Shown here: positions 37,198 through 47,507 of the stretch, one piece after another
How positions within the stretch are numbered: the stretch's first letter is position 1
Layout: each line of letters begins with the position of its first letter
Source of the DNA: a bacterium
Lineage (GTDB): Bacteria > SAR324 > XYD2-FULL-50-16
Assembly: GCA_032250835.1 (NCBI GenBank)
Contig: JAVVEA010000007.1
Span: 80,487-144,486, forward strand
DNA: 64,000 nucleotides
Direction of reading: 5' to 3'
Notes under the pieces: generated by a model
The model's database searches: none
Told to the model about the DNA's origin: nothing
Seen by the model: only the letters and a program-made list of their open reading frames with translations
Position numbers and translations under genes: made by a program

Positions 37198-38118
37198 CTA
37201 CCGCTCCGTCAGCTTCAGCGGCAAGTCTTCGTGCACGCCGCGGTTGGCGTAGCCTTTCCAGGCGGCGACGTCCAGCTTCTGGCCTTGATTCCAGTAGGCT
37301 AGCATCTTCTCGGGGTCTAAGGCTCCGGCCTTATTGGCGAACTCCTGCTGCACCTTGTTGTAAGGCACGTTGACCTGTCGGGAGGTGGCGTAGGCGACGC
37401 CCGCGCGGTCGGCGAAGAGGGGCCAGAAGATTTGTAGGCCGTGTTCTAGGCTGTTGGGGGCCTTGAAGGGGATCATCCGGCATTGGGCCAAAAACTCACG
37501 GGTATCAAAAATATGGCCGTCTACCGAAAGGGGGTAACCCCAGTCATATTCCCCTTGCCGCCAACGCCAGCGGATAAAGCCACCCTCTTCTTGCAAGGGG
37601 GGCCGCTGCATGGGCAAACCCAACATATAATGGAAGTCCAACTGGGCCCCATGGCGCAGGCTGAAGACGGCCTCCTTGGGGTCCTGCTTCAGGGCCTCGG
37701 TGAAGTCGAATTCTTGGGTGAAGAGGATGTCATCGACCAAAAAGAAGACCCGCGTTGCCTCAAGGGCCGCCAAGAGGTCCAAAAGATCGCTACGGAAGGC
37801 GTATTCCTCCACAAAGGTCACCGGCCAATCCTTACAAAGCCGCCTAACCTCGGCGTAGGCTCCTTGGTGGGCTTTGCTAGAGGCGCGGAAAAGGACGCTC
37901 AAGGGGGCGGGGTCTTGGGCCTGCAAAAAATAAGACTCTAAAAGCGCGAAGAGCTGCAAGGCGCGGTCAAAACTAAAAACCACCCCGGCCAGCGCGTTGG
38001 GGCGCGGGGCCGAGTCGCGCGCCAATTGGACCTGGACCATCTGTTTCAGCTGGGAAGTCCGCCAAGGCAGGTTCAACTGCCCGGCCAAGCGCAGGTGACG
38101 CAACCAACGCCGGATCAT
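37198..38118 (-). CDS. Putative GT-A fold glycosyltransferase-like protein
   Basis: VFSFDRALQL, FFLVDDILF, WGYPLSVDGHIF, PNSLE; glycan-locus context. Confidence 0.6.
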   Translation of the reverse strand: MIRRWLRHLRLAGQLNLPWRTSQLKQMVQVQLARDSAPRPNALAGVVFSFDRALQLFALLESYFLQAQDPAPLSVLFRASSKAHQGAYAEVRRLCKDWPVTFVEEYAFRSDLLDLLAALEATRVFFLVDDILFTQEFDFTEALKQDPKEAVFSLRHGAQLDFHYMLGLPMQRPPLQEEGGFIRWRWRQGEYDWGYPLSVDGHIFDTREFLAQCRMIPFKAPNSLEHGLQIFWPLFADRAGVAYATSRQVNVPYNKVQQEFANKAGALDPEKMLAYWNQGQKLDVAAWKGYANRGVHEDLPLKLTER

Positions 38119-38882
38119 GACTTAACCCACCAGAAACAACCGCAGCCATATTCTTGTTGGTCGCATAACTCCGCACTAGCGCCGACCAGCAAATCCCCGG
38201 CGGCGGGATCGTCAGGGATCAGGGCGAATTGGCGCAGTTCAAAGCCCTCAAAGTAGCCTAAAATCTGTTGGTAGCCGTAAATCCGGTGGGCGTTGTATTG
38301 GACCTGCGGTTTGCCAATAGGCACCACAAACAAGAGGCTGCCGCCGGGTGCAACCACCCGCTTGAGTTGCTCGATGGCCTTTAAGTCGCCCATGGGGTCG
38401 ATGGCGTCACCGTAACGCCCGAGCCCCACATGCTCGACTACATGCATGCAAGAAAGGCTTTCGAGGCTGTTGTCTTCAAAGGGCAAGGCATTGAGGTCTG
38501 CGGCGTTACATTCTAAGTTATCCAAGCCCATCGGGGCGGGGCGGTAATCGTAAAAGGAGACGGGGATAAAGGCCGAAAGCAGGGCCGAAAAGTCCACCTT
38601 ACTGCCCACATCCACATGCCGCTTCGGGGCGATCTCGCGCACCGCACGGGCCGCCCAGGCGGGGTGGAAGACATAATGCCGGTCGAAACCGGTCTGGGCG
38701 GTTTTCTCACCCAAGATCGGGAACTTCGGCCCCATGGGCAGGTCTTCGCGGGTTCCGGCGGCACGGAATCGGGCCCAGTCGCGCAAGTAGTCGAGGAAAA
38801 AAAGACTATTGCGCAGTTGCCGCGCACCGGCAAAAAGAAGAAATTGTTTCAGCAGGCTAGGTCGCATAGGTAAAGGCTCCAA
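38115..38882 (-). CDS. Class I SAM-dependent methyltransferase (DUF268-like)
   Basis: HVDVGS, SLSCMHVVEHVGLGRYGD, YNAHRIY. Confidence 0.8.
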   Translation of the reverse strand: MEPLPMRPSLLKQFLLFAGARQLRNSLFFLDYLRDWARFRAAGTREDLPMGPKFPILGEKTAQTGFDRHYVFHPAWAARAVREIAPKRHVDVGSKVDFSALLSAFIPVSFYDYRPAPMGLDNLECNAADLNALPFEDNSLESLSCMHVVEHVGLGRYGDAIDPMGDLKAIEQLKRVVAPGGSLLFVVPIGKPQVQYNAHRIYGYQQILGYFEGFELRQFALIPDDPAAGDLLVGASAELCDQQEYGCGCFWWVKS

Positions 38883-39000
38883 AGATGGGGCTCATTCTGC
38901 CCGATAGGACCCATTAAGACAAGCAGCACCCCGCCCTGAGGCTTGTGGTCTGCTTGATTATCTGCCATCTTCGGGTGGAAAACCCCTTACCTTGCCCTTT

Positions 39001-40506
39001 ATGGCCAGCAAAAAGCTCTCCTTCTTTCTGGGTGCCGCCGTCGACTTGATGGGTATTCCAGTGACCATGTTCTTGAGCTTTGTGATGGTGCCCCTTTATC
39101 TGCGCCACATCGAAGCCGCCGAGTTCGGCTATTGGTCGGCCACTTTAGAGGCCACCCAATTTGCCAGCCTGCTTTGGATCAGCTTCGATTACTTCTTGAT
39201 CCAGTCCGTCTCGGGCAAGATCGACCAGCCCGAGGAGTTGAGCCAGGACTTAAGTGAGTCGGTGGTGGTGGTCTTGATTTGGGCTAGCCTATCGGTGCTT
39301 TTGGTGGCTCTGGTGGTTTGGGTGCATCCTCAACTATTAGAGCAAATCGGCTTCCAGGCATTCAGCGGGTTGATTTCCTTGATGGCCCTTTGGGCGGTGT
39401 TGCGCTCCTTGCGCCATCTACTGACCAGCTGCCTGATCGGCCAGAACCGCATGCCTTTAGTCAACGGCATCGGCCTGTTGGGTACTGCGCTGTTCCAGGT
39501 CCTGCCCTATGTTTACCTACAATTTGGTTGGGGCTTGTTGTCCTTTGGGCTAGGCTACCTGAGCGCCTTTGTGTTGCTCTTGAGTCTAGAGGCCTCCCAG
39601 GTAGGGGGCTTCTTTTTGGCGCACTTTAAGCCCCAATTGGTGCGGCTCAGTGGCGTCAAAAGTCTACTAGGCTTTTCCTTCCAGACCTTCACCAGCAAGT
39701 TCAGCCAACACGCCTACACCTACATCAACATCTTTGTAATCGCCCAGTTGCTGGGTGCCGCAGCCATTGCGGTCTATGTGCTTAGCCTCAAACTGACCAA
39801 TTTTTCTAAGTTCATTGTCCCGCGCATCTCCGCCATTGGCTTCCCCTCTTATGCCCGGCTGCTGGCCGAAGGTAACTTAGAACGCATGGGGGAGGTGTTA
39901 CTGAAGCTTTACCGGTTTAGTCTGCGTTTCGGGTTGCTCTTGAGCGGTAGCATCTTCTTCCTCAACGGCGTTTTTGTGGCCCATTGGGTCGGGGCTGAGC
40001 AATATGCCGGATTTACCTTCACGCTGCTGGCGGCGGCCTTTTGTTTTAAGGAGTCGCTGGTCGCTATCTTTTACCAGACCGTTTTCGCCACCCGAGAGAT
40101 CACCTGGGCCAACCGGGTGATTGTTTTTGAGGCGCTCTTAAACTTGGGCCTCGCCTATGTTATGGGGCAGTACTGGGGCGTGACCGGGGTATTAGCGGCG
40201 ACCTTAATCTCCACCGGACTGGCCTCGACTAGCTATCTTGTTTTTAAAAGCCTGCAATTGGCCGGGTTGCGGCTAAGTGACTTGATCACCACCTCCCCGG
40301 CGGTTTTGCTTAAAAGCTTGCCTAGCCTAGCGGCCCTTTATGGCGGGGCTTGGTTGCTAGAGCTGCAGTTTGACTGGTGGCTGCTCATAGCGACGGTGGC
40401 CTTGGCCGGGCTGTTGAACCTGCTCTTTTTTGAGGCTCGCTTGGCCTTTGAGCTGCGGCACTTGGGCCCCAAGGAGATCTTAAAGGAGATGATCGAGCGG
40501 TCTTAA
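39001..40506 (+). CDS. wzx: Polysaccharide flippase (Wzx/MOP family)
   Basis: Polytopic membrane protein of ~500 aa; VPLYLRHI...EFGYW N-terminal pattern. Confidence 0.75.
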   Translation: MASKKLSFFLGAAVDLMGIPVTMFLSFVMVPLYLRHIEAAEFGYWSATLEATQFASLLWISFDYFLIQSVSGKIDQPEELSQDLSESVVVVLIWASLSVLLVALVVWVHPQLLEQIGFQAFSGLISLMALWAVLRSLRHLLTSCLIGQNRMPLVNGIGLLGTALFQVLPYVYLQFGWGLLSFGLGYLSAFVLLLSLEASQVGGFFLAHFKPQLVRLSGVKSLLGFSFQTFTSKFSQHAYTYINIFVIAQLLGAAAIAVYVLSLKLTNFSKFIVPRISAIGFPSYARLLAEGNLERMGEVLLKLYRFSLRFGLLLSGSIFFLNGVFVAHWVGAEQYAGFTFTLLAAAFCFKESLVAIFYQTVFATREITWANRVIVFEALLNLGLAYVMGQYWGVTGVLAATLISTGLASTSYLVFKSLQLAGLRLSDLITTSPAVLLKSLPSLAALYGGAWLLELQFDWWLLIATVALAGLLNLLFFEARLAFELRHLGPKEILKEMIERS

Positions 40507-40530
40507 GCCTATGGACGGCTTAGGCCTCTG

Positions 40531-41547
40531 GTGTTAGAAAAGAAGTCAACGCCAACTTCTTTACTCAGGCCCCCATTGCTTGTTAAACTCACCGGCTTTT
40601 CTGATTATCCGATCCTGCGCCAGACCCGGCGGCAACTGGGCCTTTGGGGTGGGTTTCAGTTTTTTAACGATGAAGAGGAAGACCGCCCCTATGACTTCTG
40701 GGTGGTTTACGGAAATATCAACCGGCCCCTTCAGGCCCTCTGCCCGCCCGAGCGGTTGGTTTTGGTTACCGGCGAGCCGCCCTCGGTGGACTATTACCCC
40801 CCCGGTTTCACCAAACAATTTTGCCGGGTGATCACCAGCCACCGCCGGATCAAACACCCCGACCGACACCTGGAGCAACAAGGCCTTCCCTGGCACGTAG
40901 GCCGGCGGCAGGAAAACCACCAAAGCCTTAGCTACAGCAAAGACTACGACGAACTTTGCGCGATAGAAGAGCTGCCTAAGTCCAAATTGATTTCGGTGAT
41001 CAGCAGCAACAAGAGGCTGTCTAAGGGCCACCGAGCCCGGCTCGACTTTGTGATGAAGCTCAAAGACCACTTTGGTGACCAGATCGACCTCTTTGGCCGG
41101 GGGCTCGCCGAGATTGCCGACAAGTGGGACGCACTGGCCCCCTACCGCTACCATGTTTGCATCGAAAACAGCGCGGCGGACGACTATTGGACCGAAAAGC
41201 TTTCGGACAGTTATCTCGCCTTAAGCTACCCGCTCTATTATGGCTGCCCCAACCTGACCCACTACTTTGAGGCCGATTCCTTCCGGGCCATCGACATCCA
41301 CCGGCCCGATCAGGCGATTCAGACCATCCAAGCAGCTCTAGACCAAGACCTATATGGCCAATCTCTGGGCGCGTTGCAAGAAGCCAAGACCTTGGTCTTA
41401 AAGGAATATAACCTCTTTGCGTTGTTGGCACGGCACCTGGGCGAGCTGGCCGAGCGCCCGGCGGGACCGCCGCAGCCGGTCTGGATCAAACCCTATTTGT
41501 GGCAACAGAAAGTGGGGCGGCAGTTGATCAAGCGCCTGGGATTATAA
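40531..41547 (+). CDS. Glycosyltransferase family 10 (fucosyltransferase-like)
   Basis: TGEPP, ISSNK, YRYHVCIEN...DYWTEKLSD...PLYYGCPN. Confidence 0.85.
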   Translation: MLEKKSTPTSLLRPPLLVKLTGFSDYPILRQTRRQLGLWGGFQFFNDEEEDRPYDFWVVYGNINRPLQALCPPERLVLVTGEPPSVDYYPPGFTKQFCRVITSHRRIKHPDRHLEQQGLPWHVGRRQENHQSLSYSKDYDELCAIEELPKSKLISVISSNKRLSKGHRARLDFVMKLKDHFGDQIDLFGRGLAEIADKWDALAPYRYHVCIENSAADDYWTEKLSDSYLALSYPLYYGCPNLTHYFEADSFRAIDIHRPDQAIQTIQAALDQDLYGQSLGALQEAKTLVLKEYNLFALLARHLGELAERPAGPPQPVWIKPYLWQQKVGRQLIKRLGL

Positions 41548-41612
41548 CTCCCCGGCCTTGATCTCAACCAAGAGGCCGCGTTAGCCTTAAGGACAACTTT
41601 TTATTAAAAGGC

Positions 41613-42608
41613 GTGATGTACGGACAGATCAAGGAATTAGAAGTCAAAATCTTAGAGAAGGCCGAGCGCTTGAGCGAGCTGCGCCGGGAACTTTCCCAGC
41701 AGGTGGTGGGCCAGCAGGCGATGATTGAAGGCCTCTTGGTGGGTCTCTTGACGGGCGGGCATATCTTGCTCGAAGGCCTTCCCGGCTTGGCCAAGACCTT
41801 AACGGTCAAGGCGCTGGCCCAGGCGGTAGACGCCGACTTTTCGCGCATCCAATTCACGCCGGACATGCTGCCCGCCGACCTGATCGGCACCCAGGTATTT
41901 AACCCCAAAGACGGCAGTTTTTCGGCCAAAAAGGGACCGGTCTTTAGCAACTTGGTCTTAGCCGACGAGATCAACCGCGCTCCCGCCAAGGTCCAATCCG
42001 CGCTCTTAGAGGTGATGCAAGAAAAGCAGGTCACCTTAGGCGCGCTCAGCTACAAACTAGAAGCCCCCTTCTTGGTGCTGGCGACCCAAAACCCCATTGA
42101 GCAAGAAGGGACCTACCCGCTGCCCGAAGCGCAGGTGGACCGTTTCATGATGAAGCTAAAGATCGGCTACCCGTCCAAGACCGAGGAATTAGAAATCCTC
42201 AACCGGGTCACCAACTTCGCCGAGTTGCCGCCCCTAAAGCCGATCATCAATAAGTCAGAGATCTTGCAGATCCGTGACCTGATGGAGCAGGTCTATTTAG
42301 ACGACAAGATCAAAGAATACATCGTCGATTTGGTCCACGCCACCCGCGACCCGGCGGCGGCGGGCTTGCCCAGCCTTAAGCCCTTGATCGAGATGGGAGC
42401 TAGCCCCCGGGCCAGCATCACCCTGGCCATTGCCGCCAGGGCCTATGCCTTTATGGAAGGCAAGGGCTTTGTGACGCCGCGCGAAGTCAAGCTGGCCGCG
42501 CCCGAGGTGCTGCGCCACCGCATCCTGCCCAGCTATGAAGCCGAGGCCGAGGAAATGGACAGCGACCAGATGATCGCCCAATTACTTGCCCACTTGCCGG
42601 TTCCCTAA
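41613..42608 (+). CDS. moxR: MoxR-family AAA+ ATPase
   Basis: [54 protein letters not shown]. Confidence 0.95.
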   Translation: MMYGQIKELEVKILEKAERLSELRRELSQQVVGQQAMIEGLLVGLLTGGHILLEGLPGLAKTLTVKALAQAVDADFSRIQFTPDMLPADLIGTQVFNPKDGSFSAKKGPVFSNLVLADEINRAPAKVQSALLEVMQEKQVTLGALSYKLEAPFLVLATQNPIEQEGTYPLPEAQVDRFMMKLKIGYPSKTEELEILNRVTNFAELPPLKPIINKSEILQIRDLMEQVYLDDKIKEYIVDLVHATRDPAAAGLPSLKPLIEMGASPRASITLAIAARAYAFMEGKGFVTPREVKLAAPEVLRHRILPSYEAEAEEMDSDQMIAQLLAHLPVP

Positions 42609-43489
42609 TGCGCACCAAGGCCTACAAACCCCATAAGGAACGGCCCGAAGCGGAACTCTTTAAGAAAGTCCGCGCCGTCCAACTGGCCAGCCGCAAACGG
42701 GTGGACGACCACCTAGCGGGCGAGTACCAGAGCGCCTTTCGGGGCCGGGGGATGGAGTTCGACCAAGTCCGCGAATATGACTCCACCGACGACCCCAGGC
42801 ACATTGACTGGATGGTCACCGCCCGCACCGGCCATCCCTTTGTGAAGACCTTTGTGGAAGAACGGGAGCTTTCGGTGGTCTTTCTGATCGACGGTTCGGG
42901 CAGTTCGGACTTCGGCCAAGGGGCGCAAAGCCGCTTTGAGCTAGCGGTAGAAATATTGGCGACCTTGGGCTTAAGCGGGGTGCGCAAAAACGATTCCTTG
43001 GGCCTGTTGGTTTTTACCAGCGAGGTGGAGTTGTTCATCCCCCCGCGCAAGGGGCGCAAGCACTTCCTGCGGCTGGTGCGCGAATTACTGGCCTTTGTCC
43101 CCCAACACCGGGGGACCGACCTAGCCCAGGCGCTGGAATTTTGCAACCAAGCACTCAAGCGGCGCGGGATCAGCTTTTTGATCAGCGACTTCTTAGACCC
43201 CAAAGACTTTTCCAAACCTCTGCGGCACCTAGCCAAGCGCCAAGACCTGGTCTGTATCGAGACCGGAACGCCCCCGGAGGCGTCCTTAAGCGGATTGGGC
43301 CTATTGGAGGTGACGGACTTAGAGGCGGGGCGTCAAGTGACGATAGACACGGGCCGCTTGGCAAACAGCGGGCGTGACCTAAGCACCTATCTACGGGCCC
43401 AGGGGGCGGACTACCTACAGGTTGCCGAGGCCGAAGAACTATCGAGCCAGCTAGAAGCCTTCTTCCGGCAGAGGAGACACCGCCGATGA
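42608..43489 (+). CDS. DUF58 domain protein
   Basis: FRGRGMEFDQVREY...IDW.VTAR, EERE, DGSGS, ISDF. Confidence 0.92.
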   Translation: MRTKAYKPHKERPEAELFKKVRAVQLASRKRVDDHLAGEYQSAFRGRGMEFDQVREYDSTDDPRHIDWMVTARTGHPFVKTFVEERELSVVFLIDGSGSSDFGQGAQSRFELAVEILATLGLSGVRKNDSLGLLVFTSEVELFIPPRKGRKHFLRLVRELLAFVPQHRGTDLAQALEFCNQALKRRGISFLISDFLDPKDFSKPLRHLAKRQDLVCIETGTPPEASLSGLGLLEVTDLEAGRQVTIDTGRLANSGRDLSTYLRAQGADYLQVAEAEELSSQLEAFFRQRRHRR

Positions 43490-44337
43490 AGTCCGGTTTA
43501 TTAACCTTCCTGGCCCTCTGCTGGGCTCCAACCCTCTGGGCCTTGACCCTCACCGCCCAGATCGACTCGCCCTCTCTGACGCTGGGTCAGTGGCAGGTTT
43601 GGGGCCTCACCGCCCAATATGGAAAAGAGGCCCAGGACCTACAAATCACCGGCCCCCAAGTGCCCGAGGCGTTCTTGAAGGGTCCGCAAGTAGAGACCCA
43701 CTTTAAAGACGGTCAATGGAGCCGCCAATGGATTTGGGAGGTGATGGCCCTAAAGCCCGGTGAGGTTTCTTTGCCTCCGGTGGCCCTTAAATACCGCCAA
43801 GCTGGCCAAGAACAAACCGCACTCAGCGAGGCCTTGAGTTTTCAGGTCCAACCGGCGGCCGAGAATTCCTTGGCCCCCTCAATGGGCCCCTTCCAGCCCT
43901 CCTTTGACCCGAAGTTTTTATTGATCGGGTTATTGGGCTTTTGCTGTTTGGTTATGCCCTTAGCCCTTTGGGTTTACCGCCGTCCCCAAGCCGCCGCCCC
44001 ACCGATAAGTGCCGCCCAAAAGGCGCTGGCCCGCTTAGAAGCCTTAGCGCCGCTGGTGGAGTCTGGTGAGTTTAAGCAGCTTCATGTCTCGCTTAGCGAA
44101 TGCCTCAAAGACTACCTTTCGGCCCAGTTGGGCCTACCCGCCAAGGGGCAGACCACCGAGGAATTTCTAGCCGCCCCCAGTACCCGGCGGGCCTTAAACC
44201 CCGCCGAGCGCGAAGCGCTGGACCGCTACTTCCATCTAGCCGATCAGGTCAAGTTCGCCGCCTATGACCCCGGCCAAGGTTTGAGCCGAGCGGCCCTCGA
44301 AAATGCGGCGCAACTGATCACCAGCCGGGGGGCCTGA
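43486..44337 (+). CDS. BatD/DUF4381-like membrane protein
   Basis: Signal peptide, Ig-like region, TM helix, TTEEF...ADQVKFA; Bat operon context. Confidence 0.7.
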   Translation: MKSGLLTFLALCWAPTLWALTLTAQIDSPSLTLGQWQVWGLTAQYGKEAQDLQITGPQVPEAFLKGPQVETHFKDGQWSRQWIWEVMALKPGEVSLPPVALKYRQAGQEQTALSEALSFQVQPAAENSLAPSMGPFQPSFDPKFLLIGLLGFCCLVMPLALWVYRRPQAAAPPISAAQKALARLEALAPLVESGEFKQLHVSLSECLKDYLSAQLGLPAKGQTTEEFLAAPSTRRALNPAEREALDRYFHLADQVKFAAYDPGQGLSRAALENAAQLITSRGA

Positions 44338-45377
44338 TGGAGTTCCCCCACTGGCCGAGCGCCTTGGTCTTTTTTTTGGTCTACTTGGTCTTTTTCCTTT
44401 GGCACTTTAAGCATAAAGGCGGGGCGGCGCTGTTGGTGCCCGACCTGGGTGGATTGGTCAAGGGATCGGTGAGCCCCCGCGTTATGGCGGCCAACCTGTT
44501 GCCCTGGTTGCGCTTGGTCTGTGTGGCCCTTATCGCGGTGGCGCTGAGCCAGCCCCGGGTTGGTGAGACGGCGGTGACCACCGAGCAAGAAGGGGTGGCG
44601 ATCTTGATGATAATGGACCGCAGCAGCAGCATGTTAGACCCGATGGTCTTTCGCGGCCAAGAAACCGAGCGGCTAGAGGTGGTCAAAAAGGTCTTTGAAG
44701 AATTTGTCTTAGGTGATGGCAGCCAACTGAAAGGGCGGCCCGGCGACCGGATTGGCCTGATCACCTTTGCGGGCTTCGCCGAAGAGATTTCACCTTTGAC
44801 CTTAGACCACCAGAGCCTAGTCCACTTTGCCCGGACGGTCCAGGTGGCCCAACGTTTTGAAGACGGCACCATGATCGGTGACGCCTTGGAACAAGCCACC
44901 CTGCGGATGATCGCCTACCAGGGATTACTCAAGCGCCAAGGGCACGACCAGCTGGACCTACGCTCGAAGGTGATGATCCTCCTGACCGATGGCCAACAGT
45001 CCCAAGGCGGCGTGGACCCCCTAGAGGCGGCCCAGATGGCCAAACAAAACGGAATCCGGCTATATAGCATCGCCATTGTAGGCAACCAGCGTTCGGCCTT
45101 CGGCGGGCTGGGTAGCTTCTTTCGGCTGAACAATCCTTTCTTGGACACCAGCTTGATCGAAGAGGCGGCGCGTATGACCGGCGGCGGTTTCTTTAAAGCC
45201 GACACCGGTGAATCACTGGTACAGGTCTACCAAAAGATCGACGAACTAGAAAAAACCAAGTTTGAAGAGAAACGGGTGGTCTATAAAGAGCGCTTCGCCA
45301 GTTTCTTGGTACCCGCTTTGGTTTTATTGCTTTTAGAACTGGCCCTTAGCTGGGGCCCCTTGCGCAAACTCCCTTAA
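44337..45377 (+). CDS. batA: vWA domain protein (BatA-like)
   Basis: MIDAS DRSSSM, DRIGLITF, T.IGDAL, ILLTDG, IDELEK. Confidence 0.85.
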   Translation: MEFPHWPSALVFFLVYLVFFLWHFKHKGGAALLVPDLGGLVKGSVSPRVMAANLLPWLRLVCVALIAVALSQPRVGETAVTTEQEGVAILMIMDRSSSMLDPMVFRGQETERLEVVKKVFEEFVLGDGSQLKGRPGDRIGLITFAGFAEEISPLTLDHQSLVHFARTVQVAQRFEDGTMIGDALEQATLRMIAYQGLLKRQGHDQLDLRSKVMILLTDGQQSQGGVDPLEAAQMAKQNGIRLYSIAIVGNQRSAFGGLGSFFRLNNPFLDTSLIEEAARMTGGGFFKADTGESLVQVYQKIDELEKTKFEEKRVVYKERFASFLVPALVLLLLELALSWGPLRKLP

Positions 45378-45387
45378 TAGAAAGGCC

Positions 45388-45768
45388 ATGGTTCAGGTGA
45401 TCGCTATCGGGATAGGCGGGATGATCGGCACAATCTGCCGGTTTTACCTGCAAAACTGGGCGCACAGCTTCGCCAGCAATGGCTTGGTGGCATACGGCAC
45501 TCTGGCGGTGAACTTGACTGGCTGCTTGTTGATTGGGCTAGTGGCGGCGGTGATGCAGGGTAAAGGCATGGCCGGTTCGGCTCTTTGGATGTTCCTGGTC
45601 ACTGGCTTGATGGGCGGTTTGACTACTTTTAGCACCTTTGGGCTAGAAAGCTTTATGTTCTTTAAGACCGGCATGACCCTCAATGGCTTGGCCAACATCG
45701 CCGCCCAGGTGTTGGGCGGTTTGGGTATGGTTTGGTTGGGCAACAAATTGGCGGAGTTCTGGCTGTGA
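45388..45768 (+). CDS. crcB: Fluoride efflux channel Fluc/CrcB
   Basis: GGMIG...RF, YGTLAVNLTGC, GLMGGLTTFSTF signature. Confidence 0.93.
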   Translation: MVQVIAIGIGGMIGTICRFYLQNWAHSFASNGLVAYGTLAVNLTGCLLIGLVAAVMQGKGMAGSALWMFLVTGLMGGLTTFSTFGLESFMFFKTGMTLNGLANIAAQVLGGLGMVWLGNKLAEFWL

Positions 45769-46781
45769 ATCCTTTTTGGCGTTTTTTCGAACCCCAAATA
45801 GCCCTTTGGTTGTTGCTGTTGCCACTGCTGTTAGCCTTTGGCCTCTGGCGTTATAAAGAAGGACACAAGGCCTTAGCCCAGCGCTTCAAGCCCGAGTTGT
45901 TGGCCCGGCTCTTTGTGGGGCGGCCTTCACCCTGGCGGCGTTTTGGCTTGCCGCTGCTGGCGGCGGCGTTGCTCCTCTTGGCGCTGATGCGGCCCCAGGG
46001 CGACCCCGAACGGGTGATGGCTCACAAAAAGGGGCGGGACCTAGTGATTCTCTTAGACCTGTCTAAATCTATGTACGCCGAGGATCTACGCCCGAACCGC
46101 TTAGAGCGCGCCAAGGGCATGATCCGTGACCTAGTCGCCGCCCTAGAGGGCGAGCGGATTGCGTTGATCGGCTTTGCTGGGAACGCCAAGTTGCTCTCGC
46201 CGTTGACGCTAGACTACAACTATTTCGAAAATATTTTAGAGCAAGCCAACCCCGAATCGATCAACCGAGGCGGCACGGCGATTGGCGAAGCCCTACGGCA
46301 GGCCCTACAACTGCTTTTTTACCAAGAAGGCCAACAGGCCCGTGAAATCCTGCTGATCACCGACGGCGAAGACCAAGAGACCGATCCCTTGGGCGCGGCC
46401 CAGGCGGCCCAAGCCAAAGGCGTGGTGGTCCACACGCTGGGCTTAGGTGACCCAGCGGGGGCCCAAATCCCCACGCTCCAAGGCCCGTTGACCTATCAGG
46501 GGCAAATTGTTCTGACCAAACTAGACCAAGAAACCCTCAAAGCCATCGCCCAAAAAACCGGCGGCGTATACATTCCCGCCGAGACCAAACGGGTTGATCT
46601 ACCGGACATCTACCAGCGCTACTTAAACCAAGCGGGCAGTGAGCTCAAAGAAGAACGGGAGGCTTGGGTATGGCAAGAATATTTCCGCTGGGCCCTCTGG
46701 CCCGCCGCCCTCTGTTTACTCTGGGCGCTCCTGGCTGAAACGAAATGGACTTTACATCGCCCCCTAAAGCGCCCAAAGTGA
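45765..46781 (+). CDS. batB: vWA domain protein (BatB-like)
   Basis: DLSKSM.AEDLRPNRLERAK, PLTLDY, GTAIG.AL, LITDGED. Confidence 0.85.
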   Translation: MNPFWRFFEPQIALWLLLLPLLLAFGLWRYKEGHKALAQRFKPELLARLFVGRPSPWRRFGLPLLAAALLLLALMRPQGDPERVMAHKKGRDLVILLDLSKSMYAEDLRPNRLERAKGMIRDLVAALEGERIALIGFAGNAKLLSPLTLDYNYFENILEQANPESINRGGTAIGEALRQALQLLFYQEGQQAREILLITDGEDQETDPLGAAQAAQAKGVVVHTLGLGDPAGAQIPTLQGPLTYQGQIVLTKLDQETLKAIAQKTGGVYIPAETKRVDLPDIYQRYLNQAGSELKEEREAWVWQEYFRWALWPAALCLLWALLAETKWTLHRPLKRPK

Positions 46782-46822
46782 CGGCTAGGTAATTTTTCAC
46801 CCAAACTTTGAAGGATTTAACG

Positions 46823-47506
46823 ATGACGCGATTTTTTATTAGCCTTTCTTTGATGGCCCTGCTGGCCTTCCCCGCGCTAGCTAAAACTCCACTAAAGACC
46901 GAGGAAGCCAAGGTAGGCTACCTGCTGGGTCTGCAATTTGGTTCGACCATGAAGGCCCAGGGCCTTGAAGTAGACATGGAAGCCTTAAAAATGGGTCTTG
47001 AGGACGGTCACCAAGGGAGTAAGCCCCAAATCGACCAAGAGGAAGCCAAAGCGGTGATGGACCGTTTCCGCAAAGACATGATGGGTAAGATGCAAGCAAT
47101 GCAACAAAAAATGGCTGCTGAGAACATCGCCACAGGTGAAAAGTTCTTAAAAGAAAACAAAAGCAAGCCCGGCGTAAAGGTGACCAAGTCGGGGTTGCAG
47201 TACAAGGTACTCACGTCCGGCAAAGGGGCCAAGCCTTCAGCCGACTCGAAGGTTAAGGTCCACTACGAAGGGCGTTTGATCAACGGTCAGGTCTTTGATT
47301 CAAGCTACAAGCGCGGCGAGCCCGCCAGTTTCCCCTTAAACGGAGTGATCGCCGGTTGGACCGAGGCCTTGACCTTGATGACCCCGGGTTCCAAGTGGCA
47401 ACTCTACATCCCCGCCAAGTTGGCCTACGGCGAGCGCGGCATGGGCCAGACCATCCCGCCCAATTCGGTGTTGGTCTTCGACGTGGAATTGCTCGAAGTG
47501 CTTTAA
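46823..47506 (+). CDS. FKBP-type peptidyl-prolyl isomerase (FkpA/Mip-like)
   Basis: Signal peptide, SGLQYKVL, VHYEG.L..G.VFDSS, VIAGW.EAL, IP..LAYG. Confidence 0.95.
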   Translation: MTRFFISLSLMALLAFPALAKTPLKTEEAKVGYLLGLQFGSTMKAQGLEVDMEALKMGLEDGHQGSKPQIDQEEAKAVMDRFRKDMMGKMQAMQQKMAAENIATGEKFLKENKSKPGVKVTKSGLQYKVLTSGKGAKPSADSKVKVHYEGRLINGQVFDSSYKRGEPASFPLNGVIAGWTEALTLMTPGSKWQLYIPAKLAYGERGMGQTIPPNSVLVFDVELLEVL

Positions 47507-47507
47507 G

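Noticed and set aside
45378-45387. Fluoride riboswitch before crcB
   Set aside because: Only 10 bp of intergenic space.
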